NCBI GenBank assembly: GCA_977030845.1
Contig: OZ365115.1
Location: 31,248,001 to 31,312,000 of the forward strand
Source: Fimbriosthenelais zetlandica
Taxonomy: Eukaryota
Direction: 5' to 3'
DNA length: 64,000 nt
Shown here: positions 38,137 through 49,816 of the stretch, piece after piece
Layout: every line of letters begins with the position of its first letter
Position numbering within the stretch: position 1 is the first letter of the stretch
Program-made: the position numbers and the translations under genes
Notes under the pieces: model-generated
Database searches by the model: none
What the model saw: the letters and a program-made list of their open reading frames with translations, nothing else
Told to the model about the DNA's origin: nothing

Positions 38137-41100
38137 AGCGGGCAAAGAAGGCCAGGCAAAGAGAGATTTGAATCAGGCCCTGTGTTAACTCCTTGAATTC
38201 AAGAAAATACTGATCCCTATGGGAAGAATAAATGAAAGATACATGTATGTCATAATTCTTTAGTCCTCATATTTTGTTTTTCCTATGGACTTGGATTGGT
38301 AATGGATCTAGTGATAACGGTGTTTTCATTTCATTTTCTGCCTGTCTCCACGTTGAAAAACAACATGGATCTAATCCAGCTTACAGCCTAATGGAATAAA
38401 CCCACCTCCCACCTAAACCTGAACGACAAATGCTTTAAAACACTCACGTGGGTGTGTGCGTATGTAAAGGAATACACTCTAAGGTAACACAAGCCGACCC
38501 ACGGGATACAAATACCCAGAGCAAATGACAGCATATCTACAAGTAACACTATACACATGCTTACATAAAAAGTTCATTTGCTGTGTCAGAAGACTTCTAT
38601 ATGGGATATTTTTTCTGTACCGGTAAGAGGGAAAGTAACCCCACGCCAGTATAGGTAATATCCGGACCACCAGACCCAGAGGCTAATATTATCATTGGGA
38701 AGTTGTATTACTATTGTACTGACACCGACAGTGCCAGATTCGTCAGGCCAGACAAGTGGGATGGTAGGTTCATATACCGTACAAGATCCGAGTGCAAGTT
38801 TGTAGGGGACAAATCTGTATCACAGAATCCACACATGGTCCAAATTCTCAATTGTTTCCATGATTCATCACATAGTGATTTATAAGTTACATGTATACAT
38901 ATAAAATATTCTTCCAATAAATATTTTGTCTTTGACTTTTTGTTATATATTTTTTGTTGGGGGGTGGGGGGGGTGACTGATAACTCCACTTTTCCCCCTT
39001 CGATTCTTGCAACTTCTTTCAGCAGTAGAAAACCAAGCGGAGCAGTGGGAAGTACCCCAAGATAATTGCAATGAAAAGCGCTGCAGAAAATGCAAGACAA
39101 AAACACTAGCGCAGTTACTCCATTAGTAGTGTATAGGCAGAGAAAGGGCCGGGGCTTGGCTATAGGATGGATTGATGATTGAGCTGTAGCCAGGATAGAA
39201 CCATGTAAATAGCCCTACAGTGATCGTCAATGAGCTGAATACAAGAGAGATCCCCCAGGCAGCAGACGGAGGTGGCCATCCTTCCTTTACCATTTATATT
39301 ATACTGTACCGCCAGTATACTATAATGACAGATGTGGAGAGATATGTATAGGACAATGATAGTTCTATAGACTACCATACTCCAAAGAAAAGGTCTTCTA
39401 AATTTATCAAATATTTTTCTTACATATTCTCAGTTTAAAATAATGCCAAATGAATAATTCAGTGAACAATACATCTATCCTTGACCAAGACAAATGCCAA
39501 GTTTGCTTCCACTGTCTGATGCCATTAAAAACTTTGGAAACTAAGCCTGGATAATCTCTGAGCCCTGATCAAACTAAAGTCCATCCACGAAATTAAAATC
39601 CAAAGAGATGGTAGAAAGGATTAAAATGTAATCAATGATCTCGAACACTTCAAACTTAAAATCTTCGCCTTGGTGGCAGATTAAACACAAAAATGACCCA
39701 GAAGCATTAAACTATATGATCTGGGTAACTAAATACATTCAATAAAACTAATATTGTTCAGGGGCTATTATATTCGGTCTGGTATGAAAGCCACTGGAGG
39801 GTCCAATTACACCATCTCTCGTAATTATCAATTATCCCTTACAGGGCACTTCTAATGAGAAAAAACACTGCTCAGATATTCTGGTAACTATGGCAACACT
39901 GTCAAGGCCCCTGAGGCTGGGATTAAAGCCCTTTATACCCAGGAGAATCAATATATACCATGGCGGCACTGGTAGTAGTAGGAAGGGCTTTAGTATAGGC
40001 CTACATAGAAAAGCCGGGTAGGCTGGGCCACGGGCTGGTCGTTCCCATGCAGCCATAACCCTTCATTGATTCTATTTTTATTGAGACATCCACATGCTCT
40101 GAACTGTTCTCGGACCTTTGCAAAGGAAGGGTTAAAAGAATGTATGACATGATCGCAGACGCGATCCCTACTGATTCATTTACAGGAAATCAATGTCTCA
40201 GAGGAAATCGATGAGGAATGGCTGGAGGGGGGAGGAAGGAAAAGGATCTGTCCAGGAATTCCTGGATGGAAAGGGTGTAAGGTGGAGTGGCACCTTCATT
40301 ATTATGCTATATATTGGGGGTCATGGACCCCCAGCTGAAATATTCATCTAATTGATAATAAGTATAGAGGAAAGGCGTAATTTTCCATAAATGAGTGAAC
40401 AGATTATCAAGGATCTTTAAAGGAAAACCTCTAAAGAAATAAATATGTAATATATCAAATTAAGAATAAAAGATAAACTACTGAATACTAAAGTACATTT
40501 CAACATTTTGTAAACAAAGAAAAAGAAAAAGAAACTGTCAATATTTTAAATACTGTAAATAGAAACAAATAATTTTGAGGGTCCATTATATAAAACATAG
40601 ACTGTTTAGTGTATTTTGGAGGAGAGGCTATCATTTATTTAGACCCTATGTAGGGCCTACTGTATATGAAGATGGCCCTAATCCCTATCACAAAGATCAA
40701 TAATTGCTCCCTGGTCGAGGAGTTACTCGGGAGGAGCTCAGTGAGGTCCTGAAGCTACTGACTGAGGATGTACCCCCACCATCTTCCCACTAACAAGACT
40801 TCCTTCACACGGTTAACCCAGGGCAAGCTAGTCTTGCTCAGAGCCAAGCAGGCTTCTACCAATGACATTTATTTCAATTTTACCACGCGGTACGGTCTTT
40901 AATCAACTTTCGCAAGTTATTTGATGATTGCTTCCAACCTCAGTTCATCTGCTAAAACAAGTATCAGCCAATGCAAGATACATTATATTGTCTTAGATTT
41001 GAGGTCATTTGATAAACTGATAAAATTAAATTTTGGCAAAGTAGTATAGAAAATCTGGGGTATAACACAGGTTAGATTGAATAAGGGAAAAAGGATCAGA

Positions 41101-41338
41101 AATGTAGCATTTTCCTGAGTCAGCAGAACGTGCGGAGGTTAAAAGCTTTCTTCAATACCTAGACTAACGGATCATCCCTCCATAGTGGGTCAGTAATTCA
41201 ATTTCTACCTCCCATTAGTCCATCCTTGGGCGTCTTGCCTCCTTCAAGTCCTTTCCTTAACAAACAATAGCCCAAGGTTATGTGGACCTCTCACCGGGCT
41301 CTATTGGCGTACTGAGGGTGGGTAGAGAATACATACTG

Positions 41339-41700
41339 ATTCTCTCCTCTCTACTCTCTCTCTCTCTCTCTCTCTCTCAATATTTCTCCTTTCTCCCCAC
41401 TCTTTGCCTCAATTTTCTCCTCTCTCCTCATTCTCTTTCCTTCAATCTTTCTCTTCTCTCCTCACTTTCTTCCCCTCAGTCTGAGTAAGTCTCTCTGTCG
41501 ATATCAATCCCTCGCTCAGTTTCTTCCTTTTCTCTGACTCCCTTCCCATCACTCTTCCTCCCATTTCACTCACTGCCTCTCCTTCCCACCCCCTGTCTCT
41601 GTCTATCAGCCCTTTGTCTGTCTCTCTATAATCTGTCTATCTCTCTCCTACCTCACAATCACCCTTAACTTTCTCTTTTTCGATAGTTATTGTTCTCTCT
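41339..41700 (+). repeat. (CT)n microsatellite and polypyrimidine tract
   Basis: Pure (CT)n 41354-41378 inside a ~360-bp C/T-rich stretch. Confidence 0.9.
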
Positions 41701-43487
41701 GTCCTCTAATTATATCATAGCCACATCCAAAGTAGACGTGGAGGGAATTATTGGAATGATGGCCTATTTCTATACCAATCCTGCATGCCAAATACCAAAA
41801 GATAAAGTCATATAGCGGGCCAGCAGTTATCATTTGATAGTAGGATCAGTAGTGGGGGAGATAGCTCGGGCCCGTCCCTCCTCATGAGCGCTATCTAATA
41901 TTGATGGAACATGGGTTAGACAAATGAATTTCTCTTTTTCTTCTGTTCCGAGAAATGGAATCAGAAGTATACGGATTATGTCCGGGATATGTGTGGATTG
42001 AAAAACAATACATTATCAAGTCTGACAGTGATAAGATCAAGGGGTGCATTTTGCTTTGATGTTATACGGCTACCAGTAGATGATTTAATGGTATTTGACC
42101 ATGCAGGGTTCCTTCGAAAACGTCATAGTGGTACCATTTCGGTTAAATTTCAACTCCAACAGCCTTGCTGCTATGACAGCCGATATTAAATTTCGTTGAC
42201 GAAAGTATATTCCCATCCCCATTGCAAACCTGTCTCTTGACTGCCGGTTCTCTGCTAGGGACTGAATTATTCAATCCTTTTCACCATGCCTGTCTCCTCC
42301 CATCCCCTTCAAACTATAGGAATGTGAGAAAAGGTGTCCGGCGGGAGATATATTAGCCTGCTTTAATGTACAGCCTTATCTTCTTCCAACCTTAGCTTTC
42401 AATCATAATCCATCAATATCTGACAACAGTATATCTCTATCATAATCAGTCAATTGTTAATTATTCATTTAACACGTGTCTGTAGTATCAAGTATATTAT
42501 ATTCTAAAAGCAAGTCTTTAAGAGCTATAAGCTGCTGTATCTCAGTCTAATGATCTCAAATGCTTTGATCTATAGACTATTAGCCTTGATTAAAGCTTTA
42601 AACTTAAAGCAGTGGCTCTATGATGACGAGATTATATTAAAGTCTAACAAAAATAATCTTGCCCACTTGTAATGTAGAGACTCCATCAAGATTAAAAACA
42701 CTCATCTCAACATTGGTTTTCAGTGCATTCAGATTCCCAATACCACTCCCTCTCCACTAGTCTACCTCCTAAAGGGAAATACAAAGCAATGACACTACAC
42801 TTATCTTGCCTGCCCATATGGACTTTCCCCATAGTTTCTGACCAGTTTTTGGATCCCTGCATATTCTATACTCAGTGCCACCACAAGTCCCATTGGTCCA
42901 GTATGGGAAGACCTTGATAACGTTGTTTTGGACACCAGTTGGCATGGAGTGTACATGATCCAGCTTCAACTTCAAGCCAAGCAAAGCCCACACATGCAAT
43001 GTTACATGCGAACACCGGGCAGAACAACCAATATTTCTTTTATTTGTTGCTAGAGTACTTTTACATAGTAGTTGCCTATAGAGTCTTTTCCATGACTATA
43101 AAAGTTATAAATTGAACTGTTTCGAGGAAAATTTAATACCGATAATCATAACACAGGAATAATGGAATTATGTGTTCTTTCATCCATAGCGATCTAAATG
43201 TTTAAAATTTAACACATTACAAACAAAATGTTATTTTTTAAAACACATGTTATCACATACAAAGCTCAAAACGTTGAAATATTAATTCATTACTGAGTTC
43301 AATACACATGCTCATTGGCCACACATCATACTGAGTTTCACATTAAAGTAACCACTCCCAGCCTGAGGCCAAGCTCAATCATACATTCTTTATGAACCAA
43401 GGACCGAAAAATGATTCCACACCAATTGCTCCATCAATAAGTTAAAGCAACAAAAACTGACAGAAAAAAGCCGAAGAGAAATGATGC

Positions 43488-43815
43488 CAGTGGCAGATCC
43501 CGAGGAAGTCGTGATGGCTTCCCGAGTACATTGCTTAACACATTCCTGTCTGTAGAGTCAAGGATGGATATAGTTATAGGTTATCTGGCCCAATGGGGGC
43601 AAGGGGTTGGTTGGCAGGGAGGTGGGGGAGATGGGGGGGGGGGGATGCGGATGTACCGATCTGCCCAACCCCTCCACACACATCCTTGAGTGTACATTCT
43701 GAACACTTGTGCCGTCCCCGCTACGATTTTCTAAAATATTTTTTATATTTTGCGTTTGAAGAATACATAGAAGTTGAAATCAGCACATCCCCCCTCCCCG
43801 CTAGATCCGCCACTG
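43488..43815. mobile_element. MITE-like non-autonomous DNA element, ~328 bp
   Basis: Imperfect terminal inverted repeats CAGTGGCAGATCC (43488-43500) and GGATCTAG-type end CTAGATCCGCCACTG (43801-43815); G-rich interior; no TSD seen. Confidence 0.5.
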
Positions 43816-46800
43816 TATATAAGCAGATAATCTGACGTGATCCTTTTATGGAGGGACGCCTGTCGGGCTCGGGGGCAAGCACAGGTTTCTACATTAGGCT
43901 TCAAGCATTGATAAATACTCTCTATATATGCAGATTCTCTCTTCGCTTCTTTCTAGAAGCGTCAGCTGAACCGGTAATCATCGATGCTGTCGTGCAGCGA
44001 TTTGAATTTAGATGTGAAAAGAGGAGAAGGTGGAAGATGGTCTCCCTGAAAGGATCTGCCATTCCTATATGGGCCTTAAAACTGGCTGTCTATGGTGTTC
44101 AAGGAAGATCCCTTACTATAAAGTCATGTCATATGATGAAGGTCCAACTGTATACATAATAAATTATGTGATGGATGTATGTAAATATATTCATTATTAT
44201 GTACATATTTCAGTATGCCTGATTTGGCATGTCTTTTCAGGACAATTTTTGCCAAATTTATTTTCTGACAACGTTAAATGGGTATGGACCACTTACAATA
44301 AGTGGGACAATATTGTGTAGCCTGGCACTAGAAATGTACCCTTTAAGCAACCATTCTTCACTAACCATTTTACCTTAAAATGATACATTTCCACGTAACA
44401 CTCATTATCTGCAAAGTTTAACAGATTAGCAACTAACGGTACAGTCAATCATGAAGGCCACATAGCATTCAGGTTCACCTAAAGTGATTTCCAGACAAAA
44501 AAACTTCATGGACAGGGAGGAGGAAGGCAAGACAAGCATGTCACTTGTCTCTGGGGACATTACGACCTCCCAGCAAGCAGAGCGGACTGTCAGTTAGTGA
44601 TACCCTGACTTCCATGTCATACAAGATGTATGCCAGGCCGTAACTTGCCATTATAAGCATGATTATGTACAGCTATGGGTCCCAGTGGATGTCCTGGCAC
44701 GGCTACTTTATACTACTAGACACAAATGATGGCAATCAAGTGTAAGCCAACTCTGGAGAAGTGCAATTTGAATTATGCAAGATGGTCCTTATTAGAGAAT
44801 AGTGGGATTTGTCCCTGCGATTCTGCCGTCTCTATGATCTAAGAGCATTATAAAGCCACTTAACCTGCAGTAGATTATCCATTTGAAAGGGACAAAAGTC
44901 AAGGGAAATGCATCTATTATAAGGGATGTAATTCAGAGCTTAGAGCACCAGCTCATTCAGGAGTCTCCATTCAGCAAATCGCTTTGCATACCTCTGCATT
45001 ATTATTGAATATCAATTATTTTCTTCACTTTGTGGCCCTCAAGAGACATTGATACAAGTTGAATTGAAACCCACAAGATGTCAGTCTACTAAACCTTGCT
45101 TCCCTAAGGAATGCAGTACACGGTCCCTGGATTGGTACAACGTCAGTTGCAGCAGCAGTATTACAGGATATATAGGCAGCAAGTCATCCCTGCTTGCCTT
45201 TCAGGCTATAAATAGAACAGGTCACTGCTCCCACATGGATTTTCCCGTGTCATATACATACGGGAAACCTGAGATGCTTGCTCTGTGTAAGGGATGGAAG
45301 CATTGCTGATTTTTAAATTATTAAGAATATAATAGGAGATATGAGCAAGCGCTTACCTTTTATGCTTACTGTCTGTCAGCCAAAATTGATAATGAATGGC
45401 TGAAAATGTTGGCACAGACAAATAGTTCCATCAGATAACATACCTTTCCTGCTTTCGTGCAAGCACATCATTTAGAATGACCATCAATTTAGGGGAAAGT
45501 CAGCAAAATTTTAAAAACTAATATATTTAACGTGACATAGAGCCTATAGGAGTGACAAATGAGAGGAAAACACGCAATGATGTAGCAACTAGACTTGCGT
45601 ATCTCTCGTGCTCTGCTGAGGACCTCAGAAACAGCAGCTGTATTCAAAGGAAAGCTTTGTAATCATTCTAATGAACTCCGAAATAAAAGCATACATTTCA
45701 ACATGTTGGTTATTCATAAGAGCATATCTGACAAATTTGGACTGAAATGCAATCCTATGGCCATAGGGAAGCAAGTCTAGTTTTCCCCCCTCAGAGAGGC
45801 TGAGACTCAAGAGACATGACCATCAGTGTAGTGAAGTGAAGGACATTTTATTGATCTTCAATGTGTAGCCTGGGAAGCCAGTCAAGTAGAAGCCAGTGGT
45901 GGGAAGCCAGCCCGGGCTGCGGAGAGAGAGATAGAGAAGCCATCTGTCCCCAAAATCAGCCATTATCCTAAAATAGAGGCGGTGGAGGGCATTTTTCCAC
46001 CCCTTCCCTCTACCCAACATTGATGCACATAACATGTCTGATATTAAATGCTGCAAGTAAGTTATATTTGGAAGCCATTTGTGAGTGAAACAGAAAATTA
46101 AAGGACAGATTCTGGCTTCCCCAGCGCTCACTGAGTCTGCCTGAATAAAAGGGTTGAGACCTTCATTGCTCAGGGTCTCGCTCAGCACTAACCCACTTGA
46201 CTCTTATTTGAGCAGTTGGCTATACATACTTTGAGGGTTGGGGAGCATTCTTTGAAACGCTGCAGTGGGAAACGACTGCAGACATTTTAAGGAAGAAGCC
46301 ACCAACATCTCGATAGAGATGCCTGCTCTATATTTGCACTATATCTACTATAGTTGCTCACAGTGTACATGCCCAAACTTGTTTAAAGCAACACTCCGTT
46401 ATATATTTGTAAAGAAATAATGTAGAAGCTATAGATTGCATGGAAGCCATATCTAAATGCATGGTAAGAAGCCATTCATGCCTTTGCTAATATTAACAGC
46501 AGGTCGCACGGTAGGCTGAGGGAATCTACATGGCTGTGTCTAATCAGCCACGTCAACTAGAATTAGCCAAAGGGCAATGAGGAATGAGTATTGGCAAGGG
46601 CTTTGGGAAGCTGCGTATTGCAGACATGTGGATAAAATAGACTGCCCATATATTTGTATGTACCATGATGATTTGACCATATTTAAATACGTTGTCGTAT
46701 AATGCGGAATAACATTGAATATGTGACAATGCAAATGTAGTAAGTACATAAAAGCTTTTCTATTATTTCTTCCATGAACAATGCCCACTAATAATGGCAC

Positions 46801-48691
46801 TATCGTTGGCACATTTTACCGCCAGCTGAGGCAGACTGCAGAAATGTGTCATTTCCTGGTATTCTGCCAGTCTTCTCTCTGTACCAATGATTGGCATTCT
46901 GGCAGACAGATATATCCCAGCCAACTCCCTCCACCCTTCTCAGTCAGAGATGTGAGGTACAGTGAAATAATTCTACGTAGTTTGTAGCAAAAGAATACCT
47001 ATATCAAAAATAAACAAATTTATATGATGAAATGCGATAATTCTATATATTTTAGAAAAGCCCTCCTAGGGTAAGCCCATTCTGCCAAATGGAGTGCTGT
47101 CAAGTTCAAGTGGAGCAATCTGCCAGTAATTTATAGGCGGTATAGCCTTAATATTCGTTGGCACAGTATTAAAAATGTCAACCAAACTTGTAATTTTCTC
47201 TTGACATCTCAGCTACTTCTAACAATAATATAACCTCATATTTCTCCATTCTCTCGCAAACAGACTGTCAACTAATAGCATAGAACTGGCAGACGATATT
47301 ATCCATTCATTTACTTTTTCTTAACACTACAAGTATTTTTGGTCAATACTTAGTTTGGAGTACCTTTCCAAAAAGATGTCAACCACTCACAAGGCATGAG
47401 AACCGCCTCTAGTCAAAACTTTATAGAGCAAGTCTTAGTGAACAATGCCTGTCTGTTTGTTTCCTTAGGTAACGATGATCTTCTAAAATGGTATCACAAA
47501 GACATCTGATTCAGAACAGTCCTCTCTAAAATACCCATTTGTACATTTTGAACCATGAGTCAAGTAGATGGAAAAATATTCAACGAAATGAAAAAAAAAT
47601 TCCATCCCTTTTAACCGGACCAGACTAGATCGTTTTAATTTGATCTTCCATTTAAAGAAAGCAATACATGTACATATGTCTATGTACATTGTACATGGTA
47701 TAATAATGTTAATATCATCAAGCAAAAAACATACATACCTTTTACCAAGCTTAGTTCTCTGCAGGGAATGTCTGAATGGTAATCCAGAAACCCAGTATCT
47801 GGAAAAGTCAATTTTCAATTTTTAGCTTACATTTATGAAGCTTTGACGCGTTCTCATAGTTCTGTATGTATTTTTGCAATGCGATGTTTATTACATTAAG
47901 GTCTAAGCGACATAATATATCAAAGTGGGAGGATTGCTTTACAAAGAATCTGTGGTCAGTCATATGTATAAGAGAAGTCGGTGAATTGGAAAGACTGTCA
48001 ATGAAACTAAAAGAGACTGAACTTGGCATGACAAAAAGGGAATATTAACGAACAAAGAAACACCAGGAAATTGTATAATGACTGCATGCATCACCATAGA
48101 TCTTACATTACCAAGGTCGTAAATGTGCGAGAAATAGAAGCCTGCATCTAGGGGAATTAATTACAGATATTTCTATAAATAGAATGTTCTCTTCCAGTAA
48201 ATTATTTCTGAAAACTAATAAGTGTGTCATGGGACCATTTTAACACGGGTCACTTGGCTCAGTTCCTGTATTAACTTCATCTACAAGCTAACAACTTGTA
48301 TCCTACCAACGAGTATAGAAAGAAGTACTCGTTGTCCTACTCACTGAGGGGAGAGGTGGTACATTAGACTATACTAGTCTGTATAGGCCTTCAGATCTAC
48401 CAAGAGGACAGGATCAGATTGAACATTTGTACTAGTATCATCTGATACAACAATTGTCATCAGGTGTTATACAGCATGTTATATATCAGCATCAGTAAGG
48501 AATATCTATAACGTGAGTTCAAATTGAGTAAATGTTCCCCAAATGGTGTGGTGGGGAATAGGATAGAGCAAGTAGGTCATCCACAGGTCAATGCCACTGT
48601 AAGTTTCAGGATTTGAGGCAAGCATCACATCATCAGTGGGGCTCTGATTTAGGCGGAAATCTAATTCCGTCTCACAAGTAGACCAGAAATC

Positions 48692-49816
48692 ATGGCGGAC
48701 ACAGCGCTTAACAAGAGTCTCCGACAGTTTTTAGAAGAGCGTGGAACGCCATTAGTGTTTGATCTCCTTGAAAAGATAAGGTCAGATGCCAATGAGATCT
48801 TACAGTTTGTACAAGCTACGGATCCAAGATTTAAAGGGCAGATAATGGAGGTTGGAAGTCTGTCTACTGGAGTCTCAGCAGTCCATATTGATGAGTGTGA
48901 CATGCTGCTTATTCTTGAAGTCCCGGGAACTTGGTCCCAGGAAAGGCATTATCCGAATTGTGCAAGATTCCAATTAGACCCCAAAACGACAGCATGGAAG
49001 GATTGTATGACAAAAGATGGCTACCTCCATCCACGTTATGTGGCCGATCTCTTCTATGAGCATGTTTGTCATGCTGTTTCCTCACTTCCAAATCTTAAAA
49101 GCACTAGTGTGAGTGGGGATGGAACAGTGGCCACCACAATCTCCTTTCAGCTTCTTGCCCTGACAGTCAGTATTGACTTGGTCATCGCAATAAAGTGTGT
49201 TGGCTGGCCAGGAACAGCCTCACCAAAGTGGCTTCAGGGAAAAACAAGATGGCCAGGTCCTGATACAGCCATGAGGATTCGTGAGGACGGATTCCACCTG
49301 GTGGCCAAATCAATAGACGGTGGACCCAAATCAACAGAGACCTTATGGCGACTGTCATTCTCTGCTGCCGAGACACTTCTCCTGCTAGATATTGACGACA
49401 ATGACGAAGGTGTGGATGCCGGTGCACGTTATTGTCATAAACAACTCTTGAAAATTCTCAAAACTCTGCGTAAATTCAAATTCACAAATTCGCGACAAAC
49501 CCAAGTAACGCCAATAATCACTTCGTATCATTTCAAAACTCTGTTGCTCCATGAGAGTGTTGCCCATCCTAAGAAAAATGACTGGACCCAGGACAAGCTC
49601 GGAGAACGCTTCCTCTCCGCCATCTCCTCATTCCTAGAGTGTGTCAGAGAAGAAAACCTGCAGCATTTCTTTGTTCCATCAGTGAATCTTTTGGAAGGAC
49701 GCAATTCGAGATCCACTGACAGAGTTCTAGAGGCAATTTTGGAAGATCCAATCAAGTTTTTGAAAGAAATGATGGATTCAAGTCGGGTCAGCGCATTTCA
49801 TAGCGAGTGGAAATAA
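48692..49816 (+). CDS. Mab-21 domain / cGAS-like receptor (cGLR) nucleotidyltransferase, 374 aa, intronless CDS
   Basis: Longest ORF in the window. Motifs in cGAS/Mab-21 order: VGSLSTGVSAVHIDECDML (G55-S56, E68, D70), SIDLV (D162), GWP..A..W, WP, FHLVAK, WRLSFSAAE, LLKILK, SYHFKT, W....LGERF, L.HFFVPSVNLL. Upstream CTAAT branch point (48661) and AAG/TAG tandem acceptor (48676-48681) suggest a 5'UTR intron. AATAAA at 49812, 49886, 49983. Confidence 0.93.
   Translation: MADTALNKSLRQFLEERGTPLVFDLLEKIRSDANEILQFVQATDPRFKGQIMEVGSLSTGVSAVHIDECDMLLILEVPGTWSQERHYPNCARFQLDPKTTAWKDCMTKDGYLHPRYVADLFYEHVCHAVSSLPNLKSTSVSGDGTVATTISFQLLALTVSIDLVIAIKCVGWPGTASPKWLQGKTRWPGPDTAMRIREDGFHLVAKSIDGGPKSTETLWRLSFSAAETLLLLDIDDNDEGVDAGARYCHKQLLKILKTLRKFKFTNSRQTQVTPIITSYHFKTLLLHESVAHPKKNDWTQDKLGERFLSAISSFLECVREENLQHFFVPSVNLLEGRNSRSTDRVLEAILEDPIKFLKEMMDSSRVSAFHSEWK

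Noticed and set aside
48661-49755. Short antisense ORFs overlapping the cGLR
   Set aside because: Expected shadows of a real coding sequence.
48692-49816. Calling the ORF MAB21L1/2, true cGAS, or a bacterial CBASS CD-NTase
   Set aside because: It lacks the near-invariant MAB21L1/2 sequence, has no Zn ribbon or N-terminal extension like cGAS, and sits in spliced animal DNA with no operon or Cap effector.
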